Virus record (IMG/VR): IMGVR_UViG_3300026521_000471
Coordinates: 1 to 64,000 of that record
Direction: 5' to 3' (one strand)
Length of the DNA stretch: 64,000 nucleotides
Shown here piece by piece: positions 19,465 through 29,287 of the stretch; the stretch's first letter is position 1, and every line of letters begins with the position of its first letter. Position numbers and translations under genes: made by a program. The notes below the pieces were generated by a model. That model ran no database searches. It saw nothing but the letters and a program-made list of their open reading frames with translations, and had not been told where the DNA came from.

Positions 19465-19848
19465 ATGGGTTGGTTTGGAACTGGAGCTTTAGATGGTGAT
19501 GATGGAATGGATTTACAAGATGAGTTGTTTAACTTTGTAGGTGTAAATTTTGATGATGATTATAATATTATTCAATCCGATGATGAGGTTAGAGTACTTT
19601 TAGAATCTAAACAAAATGAAATCTATGACTGGTTAAAAAATTATGACTGGGGGAATTATAATCCAGGTTTTAAACAAGCTGTTTACATTCAAGCTGTGGC
19701 TCAAATCTTCATTAATTATGGAGTAAAAATCAATGAAAGAGGGAGACAAGTTTTCCTAAGATTTATTAAAAATGATTTATGGGCTCAAGAAGATTCCAAT
19801 AGAAAAGAATCTATGGATAAACTCTACAATGAAGTAGAAGCAAATTAA
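19465..19848 (+). CDS. DUF4259-like protein
   Basis: N-terminus MGWFGTGALDGDDGMD resembles the MGxWGxGxFxxDxAxD pattern. Confidence 0.55.
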   Translation: MGWFGTGALDGDDGMDLQDELFNFVGVNFDDDYNIIQSDDEVRVLLESKQNEIYDWLKNYDWGNYNPGFKQAVYIQAVAQIFINYGVKINERGRQVFLRFIKNDLWAQEDSNRKESMDKLYNEVEAN

Positions 19849-19860
19849 AAAGGATTAAAA

Positions 19861-20127
19861 ATGAAATATGAAACACTCTACGCTATGGATATTGTTAATC
19901 CATTTACTAAAACGGTTAAAATGGATGGTTTAAAAGAACTTAATAGTCGTATTGTAAAAGAGGCTTGCTGGGATAAAGTTGGTGAAGATTATTACAAAAT
20001 TTCAGGGAGGGTTGTACTCAATGAAGTTCCAGATACGGATTTAGTTATTAAATTTTTAAATGAACTACACAATCGTCCTACTACAAGAGAAAGAGTAGGT
20101 TTTAAACTAGATGAATCAGGAGTATAA
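19861..20127 (+). CDS. hypothetical protein
   Basis: AAGGA RBS. Confidence 0.6.
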   Translation: MKYETLYAMDIVNPFTKTVKMDGLKELNSRIVKEACWDKVGEDYYKISGRVVLNEVPDTDLVIKFLNELHNRPTTRERVGFKLDESGV

Positions 20128-20470
20128 AATGGAGAATTTTAAAGTTATCATCGCAACAGAAATCGATACTGGAAAAACAGTTTATCTTGGAACAGATGAA
20201 AGAAGTGGAGGATACCCATATTGGTCTTCTACAATATTTGGAGCTAAGCGTTCTATTTCTAATAGAGATATTGAAGAAGTTTCAGCTGATTTTGGTAAGC
20301 AAGAAGGTTATACATATAGAAAAAATCTAGTAAATCCGAGAATTGCCACAATCGGTATAATTTCTGAAGAATCTATTGATCTTACTATGGAAACATCTGA
20401 AGAAAAACTAGCTAAAGTTCTAGCTAAACTTAGTTCAGATGAAATAGAAGTTCTTAAAGAAAATCTTTAA
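20111..20470 (+). CDS. hypothetical protein (likely start ATG 20129)
   Basis: AGGAG RBS before MENFK. Confidence 0.6.
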   Translation: MNQEYKMENFKVIIATEIDTGKTVYLGTDERSGGYPYWSSTIFGAKRSISNRDIEEVSADFGKQEGYTYRKNLVNPRIATIGIISEESIDLTMETSEEKLAKVLAKLSSDEIEVLKENL

Positions 20471-20480
20471 GGGTACTATA

Positions 20481-21176
20481 ATGGATTTAATTAGTACAGA
20501 TAACGAGTGGTTTTATACAGATAATATAGAGACTCTTTTTAAGTATATTGATTCGGAGAAAAATACAAATAGAGAGCAGTATCTTTATGAGTCTATTCTA
20601 TCGTATGAAAATCATCCATCACATGTAGAAATTAAGGATAAAGCTTCTTATACTTCTCATATCGTTTCGATAGCCTTAGATGCTGCTAAAAATATTGCTA
20701 TTGGAGATGAGAATAGAATCAAAAGTTTACAAAAACATGGATTTATTTATCTTAACCGTAATGGCGGATATAACTCTATTCTAGGATTTATTGATTTAGA
20801 TGATATGACAATTTCTAATAAATTCAATACTATTGATGACCCAAAAATAGATGGACCTATTTTATTTTTAGAAAACTCGAAAGAGATTGAAAATTTGGAC
20901 ACCTTTAGATCCATCTTAAAATTTGAAAACTATTCATCAATTACGATGCTTAAAGAAAATATGGAAAGAGGGATTATCATACCAACTATTAAAAAATTGA
21001 TAAGTCAGTATGGTAAAATAACTATTTGTTTTTCAACAACTCAAAAAGAATTGTCAGATGAACAATTAAAACTTTTTACATCATTTAAAGATTATATTGA
21101 AAGTATCTATTATATTGGTTCTGAAAAAATAGGTAATCAACTTAATGCACTTAGCATTGAAACTAAGGAAATTTGA
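20481..21176 (+). CDS. hypothetical protein
   Basis: 231-aa ORF. Confidence 0.65.
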   Translation: MDLISTDNEWFYTDNIETLFKYIDSEKNTNREQYLYESILSYENHPSHVEIKDKASYTSHIVSIALDAAKNIAIGDENRIKSLQKHGFIYLNRNGGYNSILGFIDLDDMTISNKFNTIDDPKIDGPILFLENSKEIENLDTFRSILKFENYSSITMLKENMERGIIIPTIKKLISQYGKITICFSTTQKELSDEQLKLFTSFKDYIESIYYIGSEKIGNQLNALSIETKEI

Positions 21177-21559
21177 TGGATGAGTTATATTTCGTTTATG
21201 GTACTCTTAAAAAAGGTATGAGAAACCATACAGTTCTCCAAAGGTGTAATGCTGAGTTAATCGCTGAGGTAGAAACAATAGAAAAGTATCCGATGTTTGA
21301 CCTTGGTAATGGATTCCCATTTTTACAAAATAAAGTTGGAGTCGGTTCCATAATTCAAGGAGAGTTATATAAAATCAACTCTAGGTATAGAAAACTTTTA
21401 GATGAGTTTGAAGGGGTTCCAACCCTTTATAAAAAAGGTGTTTTAACAGTAGAAATTGAGAATATTAAATACTCCAATGTAAACTGTTATTTTATAACTG
21501 ATGAATTGTCAGATGAAGAATTAAATCAAGTTGATTTATTCGATAATTGGGAGGAATAA
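21173..21559 (+). CDS. gamma-glutamylcyclotransferase (AIG2/GGCT-like)
   Basis: FVYGTLKKG, FPFL, GELY, LDEFEG...Y. Confidence 0.9.
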   Translation: MMDELYFVYGTLKKGMRNHTVLQRCNAELIAEVETIEKYPMFDLGNGFPFLQNKVGVGSIIQGELYKINSRYRKLLDEFEGVPTLYKKGVLTVEIENIKYSNVNCYFITDELSDEELNQVDLFDNWEE

Positions 21560-21812
21560 AATGCAACCAACATTACTAAAAAATAAAGAAACAAAAGAAG
21601 TTATTATCGCTTACAAATTTGACAATCTATGGTGTACCGCAAAAGCATTAGATGCTAATGGTAGAAAAGTAGTAGGAGAAACATCGGACTATTTGATTGA
21701 AGATTTTCATATCTACACAGGATCACTAACAGAAAGTCAAGAAGCAGTAGTTGCTCAAGTACAGAAATGGTTTATTGACGAACTTTTAACTCATTACAAC
21801 TCAAAGGATTAG
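21531..21812 (+). CDS. hypothetical protein (likely start ATG 21561)
   Basis: GGAGG RBS before MQPTLL. Confidence 0.6.
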   Translation: MIYSIIGRNKMQPTLLKNKETKEVIIAYKFDNLWCTAKALDANGRKVVGETSDYLIEDFHIYTGSLTESQEAVVAQVQKWFIDELLTHYNSKD

Positions 21813-21814
21813 TT

Positions 21815-22450
21815 ATGGAAATGATAGACGTTTTAATCTATGAAATTACTAAATGTCACAAACTAATAAATTTTGATGAAGTAATCACTATTACACCTTA
21901 TGGTTCTAAAGTTTATGGTACTACTACTGAGAAATCAGATTTAGATTTTGTAGTAATTCATTCAGGAACAAACGATGAGCTTTATACCTCTGATTTGATC
22001 GATGTTCATTTCATCTCATTAAACACTTTTAAAGAGTTATTAGACAAACATGATATTATGGCTTTAGAAGTTTATTATTGGAATAAACAACATGTTCCAA
22101 AATCTAAAATTTTAGATTTAGTGGAATTTAAATTAGATAAAGTGAAACTTAGAAAATCTATTTCTGCCATTGTTAATAATTCATGGGTTAAAGCTAAAAA
22201 GAAGATGACATTACCAGAGGAAAATTCTTATATTGGTTTGAAGTCGTTATTTCATTCTTTCAGAATTTTAGATTTTGGTATCCAATTAGCAAAAAGTAAT
22301 AAGATTAATTTCTCATCTAAAAATCAATTTTGGGAAGAATTAAAAGAGTTATGGAGTGCTACTCAAGAGTGGGATAATTTCTATAAGCAATATAAACAAG
22401 AGCACAACCATTTAATGACTGAGTTCAGAAAAGTAGCACCAAAGGAATAG
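21815..22450 (+). CDS. Pol-beta superfamily nucleotidyltransferase
   Basis: YGSKVYGT...SDLDFVV motif, helical C-terminal domain KSLFHSFRIL. Confidence 0.85.
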   Translation: MEMIDVLIYEITKCHKLINFDEVITITPYGSKVYGTTTEKSDLDFVVIHSGTNDELYTSDLIDVHFISLNTFKELLDKHDIMALEVYYWNKQHVPKSKILDLVEFKLDKVKLRKSISAIVNNSWVKAKKKMTLPEENSYIGLKSLFHSFRILDFGIQLAKSNKINFSSKNQFWEELKELWSATQEWDNFYKQYKQEHNHLMTEFRKVAPKE

Positions 22451-22452
22451 AT

Positions 22453-22806
22453 ATGATATATTCAAAAAAAGAGATAGATAATATGATAACCAATAGAAAA
22501 ATACGTGGGGCTAAATTTGATCTTGAACTAGTTCCAAAAGAATTAGCTAGTGAATGGTTGATTGATTTTGAAAATGGTTTTGTTCTTGCAGATACTGAAT
22601 TTGTTAAAGATACAAGACATAGAATATCAGAGTCCTATATTATTAAGAAAATAAGTGAAGAATATCCAGAAATTTTAGTTGCTGCAAATGAAACATTAAT
22701 TAACGGTATTTCTTTAAGTGATATGATTATGAATGAGTGTATAAGAAGTTCGCCTATTCCTAGACAGGAAGATGTAAACAATTATTGTGAAAATTGTACT
22801 GCTTAA
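22453..22806 (+). CDS. hypothetical protein (internal EEYPEILV plus extension)
   Basis: ORF with RBS. Confidence 0.6.
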   Translation: MIYSKKEIDNMITNRKIRGAKFDLELVPKELASEWLIDFENGFVLADTEFVKDTRHRISESYIIKKISEEYPEILVAANETLINGISLSDMIMNECIRSSPIPRQEDVNNYCENCTA

Positions 22807-22813
22807 TAATGAT

Positions 22814-22835
22814 TTAAGGTTTATTATTATATAAT
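22814..22835 (+). promoter_or_regulatory. class I promoter TTAAG-N11-TATAAT
   Basis: Motif match. Confidence 0.7.
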
Positions 22836-22865
22836 TACTTATCTAAACAACAAAAAGGAGATGAG

Positions 22866-23132
22866 ATGACTGATTTAAATTCACCTCAAACTTACGTTGA
22901 AGCTATTAGAAAGGCTTCGGATGAAATGAATATTAGTGCTTTAATTACTATTCATGATGAGTTGGTTAAAACAAATATAACAACAGTAAGTAAAGTTATG
23001 AAAGTGATTAAAAAAGACCCTGTTGATTATGAAGTATTTGCTAATGCTTCTGCAATGTCAAAAAATGCAAAAAATGGTGTTTTTAAATTGATTGTCGCTC
23101 AAGCTCTTCAAAGAGAAAATATAGGAGGCTAA
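22866..23132 (+). CDS. hypothetical protein
   Basis: AAGGAG RBS. Confidence 0.65.
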   Translation: MTDLNSPQTYVEAIRKASDEMNISALITIHDELVKTNITTVSKVMKVIKKDPVDYEVFANASAMSKNAKNGVFKLIVAQALQRENIGG

Positions 23133-23191
23133 CAATGGCTTTAACATTAGATGAAATGAATACTATTATCGCATACCTATCAAAGAAGTAA

Positions 23192-23569
23192 GTGATGACA
23201 GTACAATCAAATAAATCAAAGAAAAAGACTGAAAACCAAGGTGTTAAAAAAATTAAATCGTTCTATAATGAATATGGTGCTGGACCAATTCTATTGGTAT
23301 TATTGGTATTTGCAGTCTTATTTGGCGCAGTTATGGATGAACAAAATAAACTTGAGTTGGAGAAGTATAAAGTATCCGTAATTAAAAAATCGAAACCCCG
23401 TTTACTCCTTCCAAAAAGAGCGTTTATTAATGATGAAGAGGTAATCACAAATTATACTTTAGTAAAGATGGATGATGAATATAAAATTGATGTTTTAGAT
23501 AGTAAAAATAATCATGTAAAATTTGTACCTCTTTTTGAAGTTAAAGTTGTAGAAAAAATTAAGGATTAG
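23192..23569 (+). CDS. single-TM protein
   Basis: Hydrophobic helix ILLVLLVFAVLFG. Confidence 0.6.
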   Translation: MMTVQSNKSKKKTENQGVKKIKSFYNEYGAGPILLVLLVFAVLFGAVMDEQNKLELEKYKVSVIKKSKPRLLLPKRAFINDEEVITNYTLVKMDDEYKIDVLDSKNNHVKFVPLFEVKVVEKIKD

Positions 23570-23573
23570 AAAG

Positions 23574-24068
23574 ATGACTATAAAATCGCCAAAAATATTT
23601 AAAATGCCTTCATTCGATAATATAAATTTGAATAAAATGTTTTTATTTATGCTTGTATTTGCAACAATACTCTTAACAACATTAAGTATGATTTTACCAT
23701 TAGAAACAATTGCTAAATTAAATTTTTTTAGTTTTTTATTCTTATGTGCAACAGGTTATTTTTTCATTGTAGATTATGATAAACTAGGTCTAACACATAA
23801 GAACCATATTATAATTATTATATCCTTATTTTTCATGTTAATTATTACGAGTTTGAATATTCATTCTTCACATAAAACTATGTTTGTGGATATGATAAAA
23901 AAAGAGCATCCTCAACTTTCAACAGATTTTAGCAACTGTTCTGGAAAGAAAAATATTATTTTAGAGGATTATAAATTAATACGTGAAAATTCAAGATATT
24001 ATATTGTTAATGACGGTATAAAATATAATTTAGATGATGTAGCTAAATACGAATATGAGGAATTTTAG
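23574..24068 (+). CDS. membrane protein
   Basis: Three hydrophobic segments. Confidence 0.65.
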   Translation: MTIKSPKIFKMPSFDNINLNKMFLFMLVFATILLTTLSMILPLETIAKLNFFSFLFLCATGYFFIVDYDKLGLTHKNHIIIIISLFFMLIITSLNIHSSHKTMFVDMIKKEHPQLSTDFSNCSGKKNIILEDYKLIRENSRYYIVNDGIKYNLDDVAKYEYEEF

Positions 24069-24302
24069 ATGGAAATTATTTTAAAAGTTCGTGAAGGAAT
24101 TCATAAGAAGCCTAGTTTCTTTAATAAAAAAACATTCCAAAAAGTTATCCAATGTGAAGATTGTAAGTTTACAATTTCTGAGGATGAGGGGTATTTTTAT
24201 CAACCTTGTCCTAATTGTGGTGGAAGATTTTCTGGCTTTCTGTCATTTACAGGAATATGGAAAGATACAGCATGGGTAGAAAGAGTTGGAGTTAAGAATT
24301 AA
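24069..24302 (+). CDS. zinc-ribbon protein
   Basis: CEDC...CPNCG; GAGGA RBS. Confidence 0.65.
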   Translation: MEIILKVREGIHKKPSFFNKKTFQKVIQCEDCKFTISEDEGYFYQPCPNCGGRFSGFLSFTGIWKDTAWVERVGVKN

Positions 24303-24309
24303 TTTTTCT

Positions 24310-24331
24310 TTAAGCGAAATTGGTATATAAT
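24310..24331 (+). promoter_or_regulatory. class I promoter TTAAG-N11-TATAAT
   Basis: Motif match. Confidence 0.7.
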
Positions 24332-24353
24332 AAAAGAAATTAAAGGGTATATT

Positions 24354-24584
24354 ATGGATCTAATAGAAAAAATGATAGAAGCAGCAAAAGATTCAAATTC
24401 AATCGATGCAATTGCTATTGAAGATGATCTTCTTAGAATGGATGTTGAAAAAGCTAAGGGTATTCTTTTAGAATTTAAACAAAACCATAACATTAAGTTA
24501 TATTATGAATTCGCTAAATTATTACCTAAAAAAGATATTTTTAAAAAAATCTTGGCACACGAGAAAAAACAGGCTCACAAATGA
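24354..24584 (+). CDS. hypothetical protein
   Basis: ORF after promoter. Confidence 0.6.
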   Translation: MDLIEKMIEAAKDSNSIDAIAIEDDLLRMDVEKAKGILLEFKQNHNIKLYYEFAKLLPKKDIFKKILAHEKKQAHK

Positions 24585-24931
24585 AAGTAGCAATTATTAA
24601 ATCGACTAATGAAGCAATGCATAACTTAATAGTTGATACTCTTAATGATATAAATGATAATATTGAAATTATTGAAATAGATGAGACAAACCTAGATATT
24701 ATCGCTGATGGTGTTTTAGCTACATCAGTAAGAGATATTGAAATGTTAGATCAAATGATGACTCATAATGATTACGGTATGCTTATAACGGGGGGCAAAA
24801 TAGTCAACGGTGTAGTACCCAGTACACAGCAACACGTTTTAAAATATAGTAAAAAAATTTTATGGCGTGATAAAATACATTTTAAAAAAGTACTTAATGA
24901 AATGTATAAAGTTTTAAAAGGAAAGAGATGA
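24581..24931 (+). CDS. hypothetical protein
   Basis: ATGA overlap. Confidence 0.6.
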   Translation: MKVAIIKSTNEAMHNLIVDTLNDINDNIEIIEIDETNLDIIADGVLATSVRDIEMLDQMMTHNDYGMLITGGKIVNGVVPSTQQHVLKYSKKILWRDKIHFKKVLNEMYKVLKGKR

Positions 24932-26436
24932 AATTTACTTATCAGGGAAAACAATACACACTTATTTTATTTACTTTAGCAGGTTCAAGATTCTATGGAA
25001 CGCATTTCAATGGAAAAGGTACTGATAGAGAACATCCACTAAAACCTGATTATGTATCCGATAGTGACTATCGCGGAATCTTTGTCGCCGACGTAGATAC
25101 AAAAATCGGTTTAATGGGAACTATCGAACAAATCGAAGTTAAAAAAGGTAAAAATGGTATCGTTCCAAAAGAGCAACAAGAACTGATTAAAGAGTTAAAT
25201 GAAAAACTTGGTTTAGATATGCCGATGGATGAGGATATTACTCTTTATGAAACAAGAAAATTTGTAAGTATGGCTATTGAGAATAACCCAAACATCCTTG
25301 ATTTACTTTTTGCTGATGATGAAGCTATCATTTATTCTAATAAAAGAGGTAGAAAACTTCTTAAAAATAAAGATATTTTTCTAAGTAAAAAAACAAAACA
25401 TACTTTTTCAGGCTATGCAGCGAGCCAGTTAGGACGTATCCGTGGACATTACAAAATGCTTACAAAATACCCAAAAGTAAATACTGTAATTAGACAATTA
25501 AAACAAGCTTTTGAAGATAAAGTTATTGATTTTAATTGGATTACAGATCACTTCGGTGGTAACGTTTCACAATTCGTAACGGGCATGACACAAGAAGAAG
25601 CTTCAGAATTAGGTAAAATTCCATCAATTTCTTGGGAAGATTTTATCAAAGATAGAGAAGCAGATTTCTCAACTTTCTCTGATGGTGCAAAGTATATGGA
25701 TTATTCTGATGAAGAATATGAAGAAATGAAGAACTCTGTCATGTTTAAGGGTGAGTGGAATCTTTATAGAAAACCTCAAGCAATCGATTACTGTACTGCT
25801 AAAGATTTGAAAGCTCATAAACTTGATATGAATGATGGTGTATGGAGTTTAGATGGGGAAAGAGTAGTTACAAAGGAAGATGGTGAAATTATGACTATTA
25901 GAGAATTTCTTTTAACTGAAGCATCTTTTAGAACTATCTCTAAAACTCAATTTAATATCTTTACACCACCTGAAGGAAAATACAACGGTGGTATCTTTGC
26001 TAGAAATGGTAAACTTCGTTCAAATGATCCTAAAGAAGTTGGTGAATTTGTATTCCAACTTAGTTTCAATGAAAATGAATTTAAAAAACAAACGGATGCT
26101 ATAGCAAAACTTTGGGAGTGGCGTGTTAAAAGAAATGAAAAAAGAAGTATTTTAGAGGAAGCTTTCGGTTATGATACTAAACACGCAGCACATCTTGTAA
26201 GATTACTATTAGGTGCTAAAAATATCCTTGAAAAAGGTACTTATGAACCTCGGTTGAAAGGTAAAAACCTTAAATTAGTTAGAGATGTTTTAGCGGGAAA
26301 ATACACTTATAATGAAGTGGTAAAAATGGGAGAAGAATTAGAGAAAGAATTAGAACCTCTCTATGAAGCTTCTACTTTACCATTTAGTGCTGATAAAGTA
26401 AAAGCAAATGAGCTGCTACTAAAGCTTAGTAAGTGA
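24928..26436 (+). CDS. YcgL/RlaP-like nucleotidyltransferase with a large internal insertion
   Basis: AGSRFYG...SDSDYRGIF, NNPNILDLLF, TFSGYAASQL, GYDTKHAAHLVRLL. Confidence 0.85.
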   Translation: MKFTYQGKQYTLILFTLAGSRFYGTHFNGKGTDREHPLKPDYVSDSDYRGIFVADVDTKIGLMGTIEQIEVKKGKNGIVPKEQQELIKELNEKLGLDMPMDEDITLYETRKFVSMAIENNPNILDLLFADDEAIIYSNKRGRKLLKNKDIFLSKKTKHTFSGYAASQLGRIRGHYKMLTKYPKVNTVIRQLKQAFEDKVIDFNWITDHFGGNVSQFVTGMTQEEASELGKIPSISWEDFIKDREADFSTFSDGAKYMDYSDEEYEEMKNSVMFKGEWNLYRKPQAIDYCTAKDLKAHKLDMNDGVWSLDGERVVTKEDGEIMTIREFLLTEASFRTISKTQFNIFTPPEGKYNGGIFARNGKLRSNDPKEVGEFVFQLSFNENEFKKQTDAIAKLWEWRVKRNEKRSILEEAFGYDTKHAAHLVRLLLGAKNILEKGTYEPRLKGKNLKLVRDVLAGKYTYNEVVKMGEELEKELEPLYEASTLPFSADKVKANELLLKLSK

Positions 26437-26443
26437 CTGAAAC

Positions 26444-26806
26444 ATGAAATTTATTAATTTTTATAATAATTTAGATTTACAAACTGGGCACAAACTTTCA
26501 TTCTTTGTTGAAATGATTTTAGTGCCCTCTATACTTTCTTTGGTTATCACATTTGGTTTTGATAGTATTTTCTTTCTTACGTCTATAATTGATAATTCAT
26601 GGACTATTTATATTGTAGCGTTGATAGTGAATTATATAATTGTAGTTGGATTATTTTTACTTTGTGCTATTGTTTATATTATTATATCTTCAGAAATATT
26701 AGATTTCAAATTATCGAAAACTAGTTTTTTAAACTTTAAACGCATGATTAAGAAAGCATCACAAGAAGAATTAATAGAATCTAAAGTAAATTTAACTCCA
26801 GAATGA
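26444..26806 (+). CDS. membrane protein
   Basis: Hydrophobic segments. Confidence 0.6.
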   Translation: MKFINFYNNLDLQTGHKLSFFVEMILVPSILSLVITFGFDSIFFLTSIIDNSWTIYIVALIVNYIIVVGLFLLCAIVYIIISSEILDFKLSKTSFLNFKRMIKKASQEELIESKVNLTPE

Positions 26807-26841
26807 AAATTGTTTAATAAATAAAAGAAAAAGGGTTAATT

Positions 26842-28137
26842 GTGGAAAATATTGATATAGGTATTATTGATGTAGAATCTTTAAAAACCTTAAATAAAAT
26901 TTTAGAATCAAAAAAAGAATATATTATAAATTATTGGCTAGATGATGAAAAACTCAAGCCAATTTTTGAGATGTTGGAAATAGAAAAAGAAACATTTAAA
27001 AGCAAATACGCATATCATATTTTTCATCATTTTCAATCCATTGATTATGATAATATGTATTTTAAAACATATATCGATGAAATGGAAGACAAACAGCATT
27101 TAATAAAATATTTTTACCGATTAATCGCTCATCTAAAGAATAAGATTATATTATTTTTAATACAGTATAACATAGATAACAATGATAAAATATTTATGGA
27201 TGATTCACTGCTATATACGATTGATAATGCTATATCTGAATTATTAGATTCTATAACAAAACATCTTCAAAGAGATTATACTGCAAATACAAAAAAATTA
27301 AAGATATTAGAAAATGCTGCATTAGTTACTAGAACTGATAAAGACGGTAGCATATTATTTATGAGCCCACCATTATTAGAGTTACTAGGATATTCAGAAG
27401 AGGAAATGCTTGGAGCAGGTTTTAATAAAATCAGACATCCCAGAGTTTCTTCTAAATTTTATGAAAAACTATGGAGGACATTAAAATCTGGTAAACCTTT
27501 CAAAGGGACTATTAAAAATTTAACTAAGAATAGAAAAGAAGTAATATTTCATACACAAATTGTTCCTGATTTTAATTTTGATGGAGAAATAGTTGGTTAT
27601 ACAGCTATAAAAACAGATTTAACCGATAAAACAAGAGCAAGAACTGACACATTAACAGGTCTTTTAAATCGTTCAGCATTTAATGATCGATTATCTGAAC
27701 TTATAGATAGATATAACAATTTTCATATTCCAGTTTCTTTAATAATGATTGATATTGATTATTTTAGTGAAGTAAATAATAACTACGGTCATATTACTGG
27801 TGATAAAACTCTAAAACATTTTGTTAAACTAATTAAAGAGATAATTAGACCTACTGATACATTTGCAAGATGGGGAGGGGAAGAATTTATTATAATTCAA
27901 AATAATACATTAGATAATTCTATTAAAACTGCTGAAAGAATAAGAAAACATATAGCAGAAAGCACGTTCCCAGAAGTAGGACAAAAAACATGTAGTCTAG
28001 GTGTGGCAGAATTTAATAATAGTTATGCAGATATAGATTCATTTATAAATGAACTTGATAAAGCATTATATTATTCAAAAGAACATGGACGTAATAAGGT
28101 CTCATACGTAGTTAAAAATGGTATAGAATCTGTTTAA
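26842..28137 (+). CDS. PAS-GGDEF diguanylate cyclase
   Basis: PAS (FNKIRHP...LWRTL), DTLTGLLNR, DIDYFSEVNNNYGHITGD, I-site RPTD, active site RWGGEEF. Confidence 0.93.
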   Translation: MENIDIGIIDVESLKTLNKILESKKEYIINYWLDDEKLKPIFEMLEIEKETFKSKYAYHIFHHFQSIDYDNMYFKTYIDEMEDKQHLIKYFYRLIAHLKNKIILFLIQYNIDNNDKIFMDDSLLYTIDNAISELLDSITKHLQRDYTANTKKLKILENAALVTRTDKDGSILFMSPPLLELLGYSEEEMLGAGFNKIRHPRVSSKFYEKLWRTLKSGKPFKGTIKNLTKNRKEVIFHTQIVPDFNFDGEIVGYTAIKTDLTDKTRARTDTLTGLLNRSAFNDRLSELIDRYNNFHIPVSLIMIDIDYFSEVNNNYGHITGDKTLKHFVKLIKEIIRPTDTFARWGGEEFIIIQNNTLDNSIKTAERIRKHIAESTFPEVGQKTCSLGVAEFNNSYADIDSFINELDKALYYSKEHGRNKVSYVVKNGIESV

Positions 28138-28166
28138 AATGTATAATTCATATAAAGGATTAATAC

Positions 28167-28868
28167 ATGGTTAAACACAATTTAGAATTAAAATATTTTC
28201 ATGGATGTAATAATTGTAGAGATTGCTGCAATGGTAAATTGTTTTCAATGGGAGATGTCACATACTCAGATTTCACTAATATAATAAAATTGTTTCCTAC
28301 TGCTTTTAATATAAAAACAAAAAAGATGGTATTTTTTTACTCTTTGTTTCCATTTTTAGGATGTCATTATTTTAGGGATGGAAATTGTACCATTTATGAA
28401 ACCATTGATAGACCTAATACCTGTATAAACTATCCATTCGGTATAGATTCAAATCATACTATTCAATATGATCCCATACATTGTCCAGAATTAAATGATA
28501 ATATCTCTAAAACCCCTACAATTATAAACAATGAAATAAATCCAGACATAATGAATAATTTTTTTACGGAAAAACAGTATTTATCAAACATTAATAACCA
28601 TGATAAAATATTAGATGATTTTACTAAAATGGTATTTGAAACAGAATCGCTTTTGGATTTTCCAACATTTAAAACTTTAGACGGAGATATTATTAATATA
28701 AATGAATTAGAGGCTAATAGAGATATGAAAATATTGGATACTGATAATTTTTTAAAAATACTTAAACGACAAAAATTAGAGATGTATAGTCGATTTGTAT
28801 ATGGTCATTTATTTTCACTAGATAACTTACCACAATTTGGCACTAGATTATTAGAACAACTTAAATAA
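28167..28868 (+). CDS. YkgJ/FliB-like cysteine-cluster (CxxCxxCC) protein
   Basis: CNNCRDCC...CHYF...CTIY...RPNTCINYPF. Confidence 0.85.
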   Translation: MVKHNLELKYFHGCNNCRDCCNGKLFSMGDVTYSDFTNIIKLFPTAFNIKTKKMVFFYSLFPFLGCHYFRDGNCTIYETIDRPNTCINYPFGIDSNHTIQYDPIHCPELNDNISKTPTIINNEINPDIMNNFFTEKQYLSNINNHDKILDDFTKMVFETESLLDFPTFKTLDGDIININELEANRDMKILDTDNFLKILKRQKLEMYSRFVYGHLFSLDNLPQFGTRLLEQLK

Positions 28869-28895
28869 TTATTAAGGTAGATTTATGTATTATGT

Positions 28896-29219
28896 TTGAA
28901 AAAGGTTAAATGCATGAATCAAATAAAAGATAGAATTCCGTCAGAAGTTGCTATGAGCAATTTTGTAATTATATATCATAAAGGTAGAAAAGTTTTTAGA
29001 ATATTTGATCAAAGTCGTAGAAGTAAATGGAATAAGGTTTTAAAATATTGTCAAAAATCATTAGAATATGCTGCATCTGATGAAATGATTACTAGAACTT
29101 TAAACGAATATGAAAAAAATCAAGCTTTATACGCTATATTTTATACAGATAATACTGATGAATTAGAAATACGTTCAATGGATGATATGTATAAACAGCA
29201 TCCAGAAATTTTCATCTAA
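28896..29219 (+). CDS. small protein with PE-tail (HPEIFI)
   Basis: Terminal motif; likely start ATG 28914. Confidence 0.7.
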   Translation: MKKVKCMNQIKDRIPSEVAMSNFVIIYHKGRKVFRIFDQSRRSKWNKVLKYCQKSLEYAASDEMITRTLNEYEKNQALYAIFYTDNTDELEIRSMDDMYKQHPEIFI

Positions 29220-29287
29220 AAAATGTAAAATTCTAAAAAACAGTTGTACTCTGAATAGAGACACTATCAAAATTTAAGGTCATTATT

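Noticed and set aside
25450-26100. Intein in the 502-aa nucleotidyltransferase
   Set aside because: No C/S start, HN-C/S/T end or LAGLIDADG blocks are visible; treated as a domain insertion.
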